Shown piece by piece: positions 49,901 through 61,598 of a stretch of DNA of 64,000 bases. The position numbers and the translations under genes were made by a program. The notes under the pieces are model-generated. The model made no database searches and was not told where the DNA came from. It saw only the letters and a program-made list of their open reading frames with translations. Every line of letters begins with the position of its first letter. Within the stretch, counting starts at the first letter, position 1. The stretch comes from Macrostomum lignano. Taxonomy: Eukaryota. Where the stretch lies: the NCBI GenBank assembly GCA_002269645.1, contig NIVC01000202.1, forward strand, positions 248,001 through 312,000. The letters run 5' to 3'.

Positions 49901-51609
49901 GACACATTTCTAATCTAATCTAACCCACAGACACATTTCTAATCTAATCTAATCTACAGACACATTTCTAATCTAATCTACAGACACATTTCTAATCTAA
50001 TCTAACCCACAGACACATTTCTAATCTAATCTAACCCACAGACACATTTCTAATCTAATCTAATCTACAGACACATTTCTAATCTAATCTACAGACACAT
50101 TTCTAATCTAATCTACAGACACGTTTGGGTCATCGGCCCCGCCGCCGAAGCCACCAGAGGACTGGTGACTCATTGAAAAGCCTGCTCATTTCTACAATAA
50201 TTCACAGAAACATGATCTAACCCACAGACACATTTCTAATCCACAGACACATTTTTATCTAATTCACAGACACATTTCTAATCCACAGACACATTTCTAA
50301 TCCACAGACACATTTCTAATCCACAGACACATTTCTAATCCACAGACACATTTCTAATCCACAGACACATTTCTAATCCACAGACACATTTCTAATCCAC
50401 AGACACATTTCTAATCCACAGACACATTTCTAATCCACAGACACATTTCTAATCCACAGACACATTTTTATCTAATTCACAGACACATTTCTAATCCACA
50501 GACACATTTCTAATCCACAGACACATTTCTAATCCACAGACACATTTCTAATCCACAGACACATTTCTAATCCACAGACACATTTCTAATCCACAGACAC
50601 ATTTCTAATCCACAGACACATTTCTAATCCAGAGACACATTTCTAATCCACAGACACATTTTTATCTAATTCACAGACACATTTCTAATCCACAGACACA
50701 TTTCTAATCCACAGACACATTTCTAATCCACAGACATATTTCTAATCCACAGACACATTTCTAATCCACAGACACATTTCTAATCCACAGACACATTTCT
50801 AATCTAGCCCACAGACACATTTTTATCTAATTCACAGACACATTTCTAATCCACAGACACATTTCTAATCCACAGACACATTTCTAATCCACAGACACAT
50901 TTCTAATCCACAGACACATTTCTAATCCACAGACACATTTCTAATCCACAGACACATTTCTAATCCACAGACACATTTCTAATCCACAGACACATTTCTA
51001 ATCCACAGACACATTTCTAATCCACAGACACATTTCTACTCCACAGAGACACATGTCTAACACCCTCTAACAGCGCTCTACAAAGCAACCCCCAACCCAT
51101 CCCAACCCGCAGTGGCCAACCCGCAGCTGTACACCTACCTGGTGCGGGCGGCCTCGGTCTATCACTACTGCGTCTCTATCGGCGCCAATCCGCCGCAGAT
51201 TCCGTCGCCGACCCTGACTCAGCCGACCAGCATCGGCGTCGGCGGAGACGTCGAAGCGAACGGCGGCGTTGCCGGAGACTCGATAGAATCGTCAGCAAGC
51301 TCTGCGGCGAGCGCTGCCACGGCGATGGCCGCTGTGATGGCCGCCGCCAGCTATGCCAGGGCTGTCGGGCTGCCTCTCGCTCCGCCGCCGCCACCTCCGC
51401 CGCCGCCGCCGCCAGCGCCGATGCCGCAGATGCCGTCGATGCCGCTGCATCACCAACACAATGCGGCTGGCTGGAGGCCGCAGCTGCCGATGCCTGCTGC
51501 AGCTTCGCTCGCCTGCACGACGGCAGGTGCGGCCTTGGCGACGTCAGCGAAAGACGCAACTGCCGCCGGCGGGAAGTCTGGCGCCATCTTTCGGCCATTT
51601 GACGGCTAA
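46920..51609 (+). CDS. eve: even-skipped/Evx homeobox protein (~323 aa); exons 46920-47046, 48990-49337, 51113-51609
   Basis: Homeodomain [59 protein letters not shown] is diagnostic of Eve/Evx. It is followed by WPY...PQLYTYL, Ala/Pro-rich tracts and a C-terminal IFRPF resembling the Eve FKPY corepressor motif. Both introns are phase 1 GT-AG. Confidence 0.95.
48225..48885. repeat. ~20-bp C-rich minisatellite (CCCACCCACCCTTCCTGAAC) in eve intron 1
   Basis: Direct reading. Confidence 0.95.
49350..51055. repeat. Minisatellite of CACAGACACATTTCTAATC(TAATC)n units (19-29 bp), filling eve intron 2, with a unique island at ~50120-50215
   Basis: Direct reading. Longer units lie left of the island and 19-bp units lie to its right. 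Confidence 0.96.
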
Positions 51610-52668
51610 GCTAAGGAGATAAACGCAGAAACAAAATTAATACTAATAAATTTGCTTCAGCTTCACCAGTTGCACTTCAACTGCTTGCTAATTATTATGG
51701 AAAAACCTGTCTCAGAGTAATTCTGCAGCGTCACTGTGACTTTGATCTCATTGTGTTTTCTCTTTTTTTCATTAAAACTAAAGCATTCTCTCAGCTAACT
51801 GGTGTTATCTCATATTGTACATAAATTTTATGCACCTCGGGGCCTGATGCTTGTTGCCAGGCGGGCACCGAACTTCATCACTAATCCTTACGCGATAATA
51901 ACAAATACACGCATATCAAAACTTTGAAAGAAAAGGTCGAATTTGCGCAGTTACTCGTGTTATTATTATTATTATTATTTGCGGAGTTCAAATTGACCGA
52001 ATTTGAATTGCGTCTTTAATGTCCCGGGTGTGGGTGGCGGCATTGATGGGCATTCATGCTGTGCTTCAACAGGGACCAGAATTGCTGATTGGGATCTGTG
52101 CATTTACTGCAGGTGGGGAGATAACGCTCTCAGATATCAAAACTCGCTTCCCGACATGCCGTCGCCACAAGCAGCCGTCACCCCCCTCCCCATGGTGATA
52201 GCCAGTGGTCTGTCGGCTCGGTGTGACAGTGCAGTGCAGTCCCCATCCGACGGCTGTTGCTGGGCTGGGTTTGGGGATGCCGCTTGTCCGGCAACAGGTT
52301 ATGGCGTATGCGAATGATCCTGTCCATGGAGGCCCTGGAGCCAGAATATGGTGCAGCGCTTATTGTTGGCATTAGTTACTAGAACTGGGTTTTTCATTCA
52401 ATAGAATCAAATAGAATTTCTGATAGTTTAAATACTTTAAACGAATAAAACAACTGGTCAATCGGTTAAATTGAAGGTTTGTTCAAGCGTTTACAGTCCA
52501 GACTTTTGTTGAAGATGTCCTTGAGCCTTGTCCAGATTTTCATATCCGTCAGCCAGGTGGGGAATGGGGCTAAGAGAGAAAGTTGCCTATTTAAAGTGCC
52601 TTTCGGGGCAGGGTTGAAAGCAAATGTGGAAGCTGTTTGGTGGGAATGGGTGTTTTTAGTATTTTACA

Positions 52669-52699
52669 ATGTCTTCCTTGGCGGGTGGCCGGGCGGGCG

Positions 52700-52738
<39 letters not shown>

Positions 52739-52876
52739 TGCAGCTGCGGCGACAGAGGCGCGACGAAACGCCTTCTCGAACTTGTCGTCTGGTCTGGCCA
52801 GCGTCGGTGGCGCCTCAGCTCCAGGTGGCATCCTCAAGGAGGCCGCCAGCTGGACCAGAAATTTTGGAACTGTCTG
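52669..52876 (-). CDS. Possible exon of an unidentified gene convergent with eve (TVPKFLVQLAASLRMPPGAEAPPTLARPDDKFEKAFRRASV-polyAla-TRPPGHPPRKTL*)
   Basis: GC-rich island after a TTTCACAG acceptor. Only phase 0 is open. I could not identify upstream exons. Confidence 0.35.
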
Positions 52877-53054
52877 TGAAATTCAAAGCAAATCTAGATT
52901 AGAACAAGCAGAATGATAGCCGGTCTGTGTACAACAGTTCGCTAATTTTAGGCTCAGACCGCCGCATCACGAGTTTCACATGGGGTTTGATAGTTTCAAT
53001 TTGAAAGCTTTGCTTTAGATTATGCTTTCAGTTTCAAAGTGCTTTATGTGGACG

Positions 53055-53368
53055 GGGCAGGTTCTGCAGGGTTTGCAATGTAAGGGGCGGATTCTGCAGG
53101 GTTTGCAATGGAAGGGGCGGATTCTGCAGGGTTTGCAATGGAAGGGGCGGATTCTGCAGGGTTTACAATGGAAGGGGCGGATTCTGCAGGGTTTACAATG
53201 GAAGGGGCGGATTCTGCAGGGTTTACAATGGAAGGGGCGGATTCTGCAGGGTTTGCAATGGAAGGGCTGGATTCTGCAGTGTGTAAAATACAAGGGGCGG
53301 ATTCTGCAGGGTTTACAATGGAAGGGGCGGATTCTGCAGGGTTTGCAATGGAAGGGGCGGATTCTGCA
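53055..53368. repeat. 30-bp minisatellite (AATGGAAGGGGCGGATTCTGCAGGGTTTGC)
   Basis: Direct reading. Confidence 0.95.
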
Positions 53369-53834
53369 ATGAATTGCCAGTCCAGGCTCAGCCTCTTGGT
53401 CTCCTTGGCTCGACCTGCGATCCACAACTGTCCATAATGGGATGGCAGATGCGTCTCATCAAAACAGACAGGCTCAATCTGCTCCGGAGTTCCGAACTCT
53501 AATTAATTATTAACAAAACTAGAAGTCAGTCGGCGAGTCTATATCCGAGTGCCTTGAGGAATAATTCCCCAATGTTTATTAACCTCCCCAGTTGAACGGG
53601 TGTCAGTTAGTTGAGTCCCTTCATCTTGGCTGGCCAAGCCCTGGCAACCCGACTAGCTGAGCATATGATAAGAAAAATTCATTTTCTTGTAAACTTGTGT
53701 CTGAGGCCTGATCCAAAGCAAATCAATATTCCAGTGCAGAAGTATTTATCTCAAAACTGTCATTTTTAATCCTATAGGGTATAAGAAAGGTATAGGTTGT
53801 GCGCCATTTTTAACCTTGGCTGCCATTAGTTTAT

Positions 53835-54470
53835 TGTATGTGGTGCCATTTTTATCAGTGAGTGCCATTCTTATCAGTGAGTGCCATTTTTATGAGCGGG
53901 TGCCATTTTTATCAGTGGGTGTCATTTTTATCAGTGGTTGCCATTTTTATCATTGAGTATCATTTTTATCAGTGGGTGTCATTTTTATGAGCGAGTGCCA
54001 TTTTTATCAGTGGGTGCCATTTTTATCATTGAGTATCATTTTTACAGTGGGTGCCATTTTTATCAGTGGGTGCCATTTTTATCAGTGGGTGCGATTTTTA
54101 TCAGTGGGTGTCATTTTTATGAGCGAGTGCCATTTTTATCAGTGGGTGCCATTTTTATCATTGAGTGCCATTTTTATCAGTGGGTGCCATTTTTATCATT
54201 GAGTGCCATTTTTATCAGTGGGTGTCATTTTTATGAGCGAGTGCCATTTTTATCAGTGGGTGCGATTTTTATCAGTGGGTGCCATTTTTACCAGTGGGTG
54301 CCATTTTTACCAGTGGGTGCCATTTTTACCAGTGGGTGCCATTTTTATCAGCGGGTGGCATTTTTATCAGTGGGTGCCATTTTTACCAGTGGGTGCCATT
54401 TTTATCAGCCGGGTGCCATTTTTATCAGCCGGGTGCCATTTTTATCAGCCGGGTGCCATTTTTATCATTA
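53835..54470. repeat. ~19-bp minisatellite (GTGGGTGCCATTTTTATCA), array 1
   Basis: Direct reading. Confidence 0.93.
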
Positions 54471-55249
54471 GCCACGCAAACCAGTTGCCATTAAAAATCA
54501 TAGGGATACGTTTTATTTTATTTTATTTAAAATTCAGTTGATAAAAACCTCGAATTATTACCCAACGAGGATCTATGAACAATTTAAATGATCGCATTAT
54601 TAAGTCAAAAGTAATTACACAACAACTTCATTAACTAAAGATTTGCCATGATCTATCCAACACCTTGAGCACAGACTCAAGGGCCAGAAGTGTTTTACTT
54701 TGCAGCTCTTTTGCTCAACTCCCTGCCACCCTGCCTATTCAGGTCGACCGAGTGCGCACAGCATCATTTGCATGCCGCTCACCAGATTAAATACGCGCAT
54801 GCGTAACAACTCCGGCCCTGAGTTCTGAGCAGCACTCACGTGGCCCTGAAGTTTTACAACCCTCATCTAACTCCTCACCCCCCCCCCTGTTACATTCGAG
54901 CACTCTATTGAGTCTGTTTGAGTCCGCTGCCAGGACCGCCGGCGCCAGAGACTCGAAGAATATTGGCGCTTCTGCTACACCTTGCAGCATCGTGTCTCCA
55001 ACTCTTCATCAGAAGTCATAATTTCTTTTTCAAAGTTTTTGTCTCCGTTTCTCTATATCTATTTGGTTCATCTTTATTGTTAGAACTAAATAAATGATCG
55101 GGGTTGGGACAGGGGAGCGGCAGGGGAGGGCAAGCCCCACCCCCACAGTATAAGCAGTGGCCGGTGCTAAGAAAATGAACTTTTAAATGAACAAAACAAA
55201 CAGCTTGATTAAAATTCAAAATGGTCAGAATGAGTGCCTGCGGTGCCAA

Positions 55250-55590
55250 AAAATTGGGTGCCATTTTTGCCAGTGGCTGCCTTCTTTATCGGTGGGATGT
55301 GGGTGCCTTTTATAACAGCGGGTGCCATTTTTTTCAGTTGGTGCCATTTTTATCAGTGGGTGCCATTTTTTTCAACCGGGTGCCATTTTTTTCATTGGGT
55401 GCCATTTTTATCAGTGGGTGCCATTTTTATCAGTGGTTGCCATTTTTATCAGTGGTTGCCATTTTTATCAGTGGTTGCCATTTTTATCAGCGGGTGCTAT
55501 TTTTATCAGCAGGTGCTATTTTTATCAGTTGGTGCCATTTTTATCAGCGGGTGCCATTTTTTTCATTGGGTGCCATTTTTATCAGCGAGT
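55250..55590. repeat. ~19-bp minisatellite (GTGGGTGCCATTTTTATCA), array 2, same orientation
   Basis: Direct reading. Confidence 0.9.
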
Positions 55591-56189
55591 GGTTTTCTTC
55601 CCTGCTTAGGTTCCACTGCAGCCAGCTACAATAAGTACTGCAGTGGTAAATGAGAATACTTATCAGAGAAGAGAAATGAGAATATATCAGAAGTGTTATT
55701 AAGAGTACGCGACGCTGGCAGTGACAGAGAATAATAGCAAGCGCAAGTTGTAAACGGTAGCATTTATGATAAAGAAATTTCAACATTGCGGAAATTAAAT
55801 CTTTGTCGAGATGACCAGCTCAGGCCAACTCGCTGCGAATTCCCAGGACAGCTCGAAAACAGTCCAGAGTTGCTTCTTGTCGGCTCACTTGCTTGATTTC
55901 GCTAACAGCTTTGCTGGAGAAAATTGCTCCCAGGTTGGTTGTAAAACTTTTCTGATCGTTATAATGCGCCTCACAAGTGGCTTTAGCGATTCTCGAAGCA
56001 ATATGAGATTGACTGCGCTTAAGTGATTGGCTGCTGGCTGACAAAATCCGATTCCCAACTGGGCGCTGAGTTATTCATGATGACGGGGCTTGGCGCGCTC
56101 CGCTCATTACACTGATTAGTCCGATAGTTCGGTTTTAATCTCAGATTTTCAACATTCGATGCAGTTTTATGACTGGCTCTTTTATAGTA

Positions 56190-56740
56190 GCTTAGCAATC
56201 CATTCTATGCGCTGATCTGAGTTACAGATTTACAGTCCTGTGGTTGACTAGATTAGCAATCCATTCTATGCGCTGATCTGAGTTACAGATTTACAGTCCT
56301 GTGGTTGACTAGATTAGCAATCCATTCTATGCGCATTACTGTATATACACCTTCAGCCATAATAGGCTAGATTAGCAATCCATTATATACAGTGTACACC
56401 TTCAGCCATGATAGGCTAGATTAGCAATCCATTATATACAGTGTACACCTTCAGCCATGATAGGCTAGACTAGCAATCCATTATATACAGTGTACACCTT
56501 CAGCCATGATAGGCTAGATTAGCAATCCATTATATACACCTTCAGCCATGATAGGCTAGATTAGCAATCCATTATATACACCTTCAGCCATGATAGGCTA
56601 GATTAGCAATCCATTATATACACCTTCAGCCATGATAGGCTAGATTAGCAATCCATTATATACACCTTCAGCCATGATAGGCTAGATTAGCAATCCATTA
56701 TATACACCTTCAGCCATGATAGGCTAGATTAGCAATCCAT
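56190..56740. repeat. Compound tandem repeat: 61-bp units followed by 42-49-bp units (AGATTAGCAATCCATTATATACACCTTCAGCCATGATAGGCT)
   Basis: All units share TTAGCAATCCATT. Confidence 0.93.
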
Positions 56741-57732
56741 ATTTTTGAATATGCTGCAAGAATGTACGAGTTATGCCGCACAAGTATCGCTGCTAAAAAT
56801 TTAAATAAAAATCGTTAAGGCCAGTTTGTATTGCTTCTGCTGAAAAGACACTGGGGGGGGCATGAAAAAAGAATTATTAAACGACTAAACAAGTTCTCAC
56901 GATGCTGGCATTACGAATGTCTGCTGTTTTCTCAACCTGCCAGAGACTGCAGTGGGACTTGAAGGAGAGAAAAACTGATTCCACAAAATGGCAGTGATGA
57001 TGTTTATAATTGCCTATCTAATGTTTTCCGCGCAATCTTACAGCGTTTTTTGATGCTTAATTTAACAAATCGTTGAGAAGCAAGAGCGAGACTGGAGCTT
57101 CTCAGGCTAATAAAAGGCATACTTAATAGCCTAGCCATAAGTCTGATATTTGCCGCAGTGCTCAAAGGTGCCGTGGGGGGGGGGTTGGCAGTACAGTGGC
57201 AATTATGATAAATGCCGCAGCCCCCCAAGAGACTTGCAGCAGCTTTGTCAATAGAAAAAGTTGTTAAGCATTTGCTTTTTACAATCATGCTCTCATTATA
57301 CCGTATTATTTAGATTTGCAGAACTGCTGCAGCGAGTGCAGGGTGCGAGTGTAGGGTTTACACGCTGAGCTTATGTTCACTTGCCCTGCTTCTGACCTCA
57401 TCTAGTTAGACTTCCAGACCCTTCGTCTTAGAGCTCCCTTGCCTTTATTGTTGTCAGGTCGTCCACCGCAACTAGGAGGGGGGGCAATGATTTGATGCCA
57501 GACTATTCTCACTACTCCGCAGGTATTGTGTGCGCTTTTGATACCTTGAAATAGAGTGTAACAATTGCATGCAGGGCGCTTGTAAAGCATTCATCGACTA
57601 TTTACAAATTTTTAGCTGATGTGTTCTCTTCTCTTATTCTCTCTAGATACCTGTGTAGTCGCTTCTAACTCTCTCTAAAAGAAGAGAATATCGCTTTCAA
57701 AAGAAGGCACAAAAAACTACATGAACTGCTCT

Positions 57733-58798
57733 ACTTTCTGAAGGGGAGAGGAAAGAGGAGAGAAGAGAGAGGAGATGGGAGATGAGGGGAGAGAAGAGAG
57801 AGGAGAGAAGAGAAAGAAGATGGGAGATGAGGGGAGAGAGGAGAGAAGAGAGAGGAGATGGGAGATGAGGGGAAAGAGGAGAAATTAGAGATGAGATGGG
57901 AGATAAGGGGAGAGAGGAGATGGGAAGATAAGGGGGGGAGAGAGAAGAGAGAGGAGATGGGAGATGAGGGGCGAGAGGAAAGAGGAGAGAAGAGAGAGGA
58001 GAGAAGAGAAAGGAGATGGGAGATGAGGGGAAAGAGGAGAAATTAGAGATGAGATGGGAGATAAGGGGAGAGAGGAGATGAGAAGATAAGGGGGAGAGAG
58101 AGAAGAGAGAGGAGATGGGAGATGAGGGGCGAAAGGAAAGAGGAGAGAAGAGAGAGGAGATGGGAGATGAGGGGAGAGAGGAAAGAGGAGAGAAGAGAGA
58201 GGAGATGGGAGATGAGGGGAGAGAGGAGAGAGGAGAGAAGAGAGAGGAGATGGGAGATGAGGGGAGAGAGGAGAGAGGAGAGAAGGGAGAGGAGATGGGA
58301 GATGAGGGGGGAGAGGAGAGAGGAGAGAAGAGAGAGGAGATGAGAGATGAGGGGAGAGAGGAGAGAGGAGAGAAGAGAGAGGAGAAGGGAGATGAGGGGG
58401 GAGAGGAAAGAGGAGAGAAGAGAGAGGAGATGGGAGATGAGGAGAGAGAGGAGAGAGGAGAGAAGAAAGAGGAGATGGGAGATGAGGGGAGAGAGGAGAG
58501 AGGAGAGAAGAGAGAGGAGAAGGGAGATGAGGGGGGAGAGGAAAGAGGAGAGAAGAGAGAGGAGATGGGAGATGAGGAGAGAGAGGAGAGAGGAGAGAAG
58601 AGAGAGGAGATGGGAGATGAGGGGAGAGAGGAGAGAGGAGAGAAGAGAGAGGAGATGGGAGATGAGGGGAGAGAGGAGAGGAGAAAAGGAAAAGAGAGAT
58701 GAGAAGAGTCACAAACCCTGATCAGGCCGCATTGCTATCGTGAAGTTTCATGGCTGGATAGAGAGGCTTCGCGGGCGGAGTTAATTCGCTGACCCCTG
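57733..58798. mobile_element. Degenerate copy of the 9372-9777 hAT-like element with an expanded GA-rich minisatellite (57740-58705)
   Basis: Right end ATTGCTATCGTGAAGTTTCA...GGATAGAGAGGCT...CTGACCCCTG matches 9685-9777. The left TIR is not recognisable. Confidence 0.6.
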
Positions 58799-60188
58799 AA
58801 GATCTCTCAGAGATTTTTCTTCCTATATGAGATCCCTCCCCGATATTTACCCCCTAAGATTTCCCAGAGATTCTCCTATCCCAGCTCCCATAGTACGAGT
58901 AATTTCTCACCCTAGAGATTTCTCTCCACGTGTGGAAAATATTTGAATTTAACAGGTCGATAATTGAAATCGCAAGCTTTGTAAGGTAGACTGAGTATAG
59001 TATAGTGCAAAAACTGTTTCACTCTATAAATATATAGTTATATCTATCTAGTTTATATCTAGTATTTATATCTAGTAAAAAGGTCACTAAACTATAAACC
59101 GCACAGGTTAGCAAATGACTCAGCAGAAATAGCACACCGTCACACCCCATGCATGCAGTAGCATCCAGGCCCTGGGCTATCTATATATAGTGAGCATACA
59201 TGCACAGAAGCTGTAAAAATCTGCACTGCATAAAAAAGAAAGACGCGGTCAGGTCAAATTCGAACTGCTTTCATGATGCTTTGTTCGAGTTTTTTTATTG
59301 CCGTTAAGTTTTTGATGGAGTCTTTGCAATCCGACTCAAGCAATTTGCCATGCCGCGCCTTTGGCTTGGCGCATTCTGTCTGTATAAAACATGTGTTTAG
59401 AGAACTAAGCTATAACCCTGAGCCGCTATGCCAAGTGTTGCAAAACGGGATCCGTTGCCCGAAGTTAATTCAACAACTGAACAATGAATTAGAATGCATC
59501 CATTGTGCAGATTTACGAGCAGCAGAAAGCAACTGAATAAAAAAGAAGCAAGAAAAGCGATAAAATTTCATTGGAACATTTTTATTCCCGCGGTTGAATA
59601 ACTAGACAAAAGTAATTTATAGGATGCTTGAGACATTAAACTGACCCTAGATTTTTTGTGTAACTTATATTGTGTAATTTATATAGAGAGAAAATGCACC
59701 CGCTGGCTAGGAACTCTACATGTAGAATTTATTAATAGCTCCGAATGGCAAAAGTTGAACAAATTAAAGTTACAAGTAAACTATACCCAACAATAGCAAG
59801 GATAGAAGCCCTAAAAGTGTCGAAAAATATAGCGAATAAGATCGACAAGAAGCTCTTCTTAAATATTTTTTTTTACATTTTGTTAGGAGTTTCCAAAGAA
59901 AAAAATTTATTGATAGCTCGTACAATTAGCAGCATGTAGAAAAACTTTACGCGATTCTACTCAAAGTAGCCCTGAAATGAAGCAGTGTTCGTCACGTGCC
60001 ATTCCAGTCCCAGTCGTACATGTATGTACAATACGCACAGATTATTTCTTATACGCTCGTATAATAGGGGTTAGGGTGGCATTTTTGCCTCCCTATAGTC
60101 TACATGTATAAAGTCTCAGTTTTTAAAGAATTCTCAGATTGTTCGAATAGATATTATAAGATTTTAAGCGCTCTGCTCCGCAACTATA

Positions 60189-61598
60189 CCTTTTCAACTT
60201 CGGATTCGTCAAAAGTGAGTTCAAATTCGTCAGCGTATGCAAAACTATAAAGCGCTCAAGGGGGAAGAGAATGAGTGTCTATGGTAAATTTTTAGAGAAA
60301 GCGACTTCGAATTCGTCTAAGTAAGTGAAATTCGTCAGTGCAAATACAGCCTGATCAGAAAAAGTGTTTGCTTTGTCCATGGTAAGAAAAGAAGGTGTCT
60401 ATGGTAATTTTAAGTAAGAAAGTGAGTGAATTTCGTCTGTGGAAAAGTGGCCCAATTTCTTGAAATCTTCATTTCATGCTTTGCTTGTTGTCAGAGATGC
60501 CCTACATGACAACAAACAGCCAATGTAACGCACAAAGTCCCGTCAAGCCGACGACTGATTGCCTGCGTTGTCAGCAGGAGCAGCAGGAAAATCTGCAACA
60601 AGCTTTTGCTGCATTTCTTTGAGGGTCACAGTCGGCTTCTCTTCCACATACCTCGTCAACCCCCCGAGCATCTCCTCAGAAAACTTTGGTCTCACTGCAC
60701 CGCCACGCACGTTAAGATCAATCCTACCCTCATCAACATATCTCCTGATGATGTCACTGGCAGTTGTCCTCTTGATATCCAGTTCAATTGCGAGTTGTCT
60801 CCAGTCTCGTCCTTGTTGAAAACATCGCACGAGTCTAGAGCGATCCACAGACGAAATTCTCATGTAGGGCATCTCTGACAACAATCAAAGCATGAAATGA
60901 AGATTTCAAGACATTGGGCTGCTTTTCCACAGACGAAATTCTCATGCAGGGCATCTCTGACAACAATCAAGGCATGAAATGAAGATTTCAAGACATTGGG
61001 CTGCTTTTCCACAGACGAAATTCTCATGTAGGGCATCTCTGACAACAATCAAAGCATGAAATGAAGATTTCAAGAAATTGGGCTACTTTTCCACAGACGA
61101 AATTCTCATGTAGGGCATCTCTGACAACAAGCAAAGCATGAAATGAAGATTTCAAGAAATTGGGCTACTTTTCCACAGACGAAATTCTCATGTAGGGCAT
61201 CTCTGACAACAAGCAAAGCATGAAATGAAGATTTCAAGACATTGGGCTACTTTTCCACAGACGAAATTCTCATGCAGGGCATCTCTGACAACAATCAAAG
61301 CATGAAATGAAGATTTTAAGAAATTGGGCTACTTTTCCACAGACGAAATTCACGATCAGCTCACTTTCTTACTTAAATTTACCATAGACAACTTATTTTC
61401 TTACCATGATGGATCAAGCAGACACTTTTCTGATCAGGCTGTATTTGTACTGACGAATTTCACTTACTTAGACGAATTTGAAGTCACTTTCTCTAAAAAT
61501 TTACCATAGACACTCATTCTCTTCCCCTTGAGCGCCATATAGTTTTGCATACGCTGACGAATTTGAACTCACTTTTGACGAATCCGAAATTGAAAAGG
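60189..61598 (-). mobile_element. Internally deleted Tc1/IS630-like DNA transposon with ~320-bp TIRs, TA flanks and a 6x 82-bp tandem amplification
   Basis: 60189-60509 is the reverse complement of the right arm ending at 61598. TA lies at 60187-88 and 61599-600. The internal ORF resembles a Tc1/IS630-type N-terminal HTH. Confidence 0.8.
60543..60872 (-). pseudogene. Truncated transposase N-terminus (HTH DNA-binding region only)
   Basis: MPYMRISSVDRSRLVRCFQQGRDWRQLAIELDIKRTTASDIIRRYVDEGRI...RGGAVRPKFSEEMLGGLTRYVEEKPTVTLKEMQQKL. There is no DDE domain. Confidence 0.7.
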
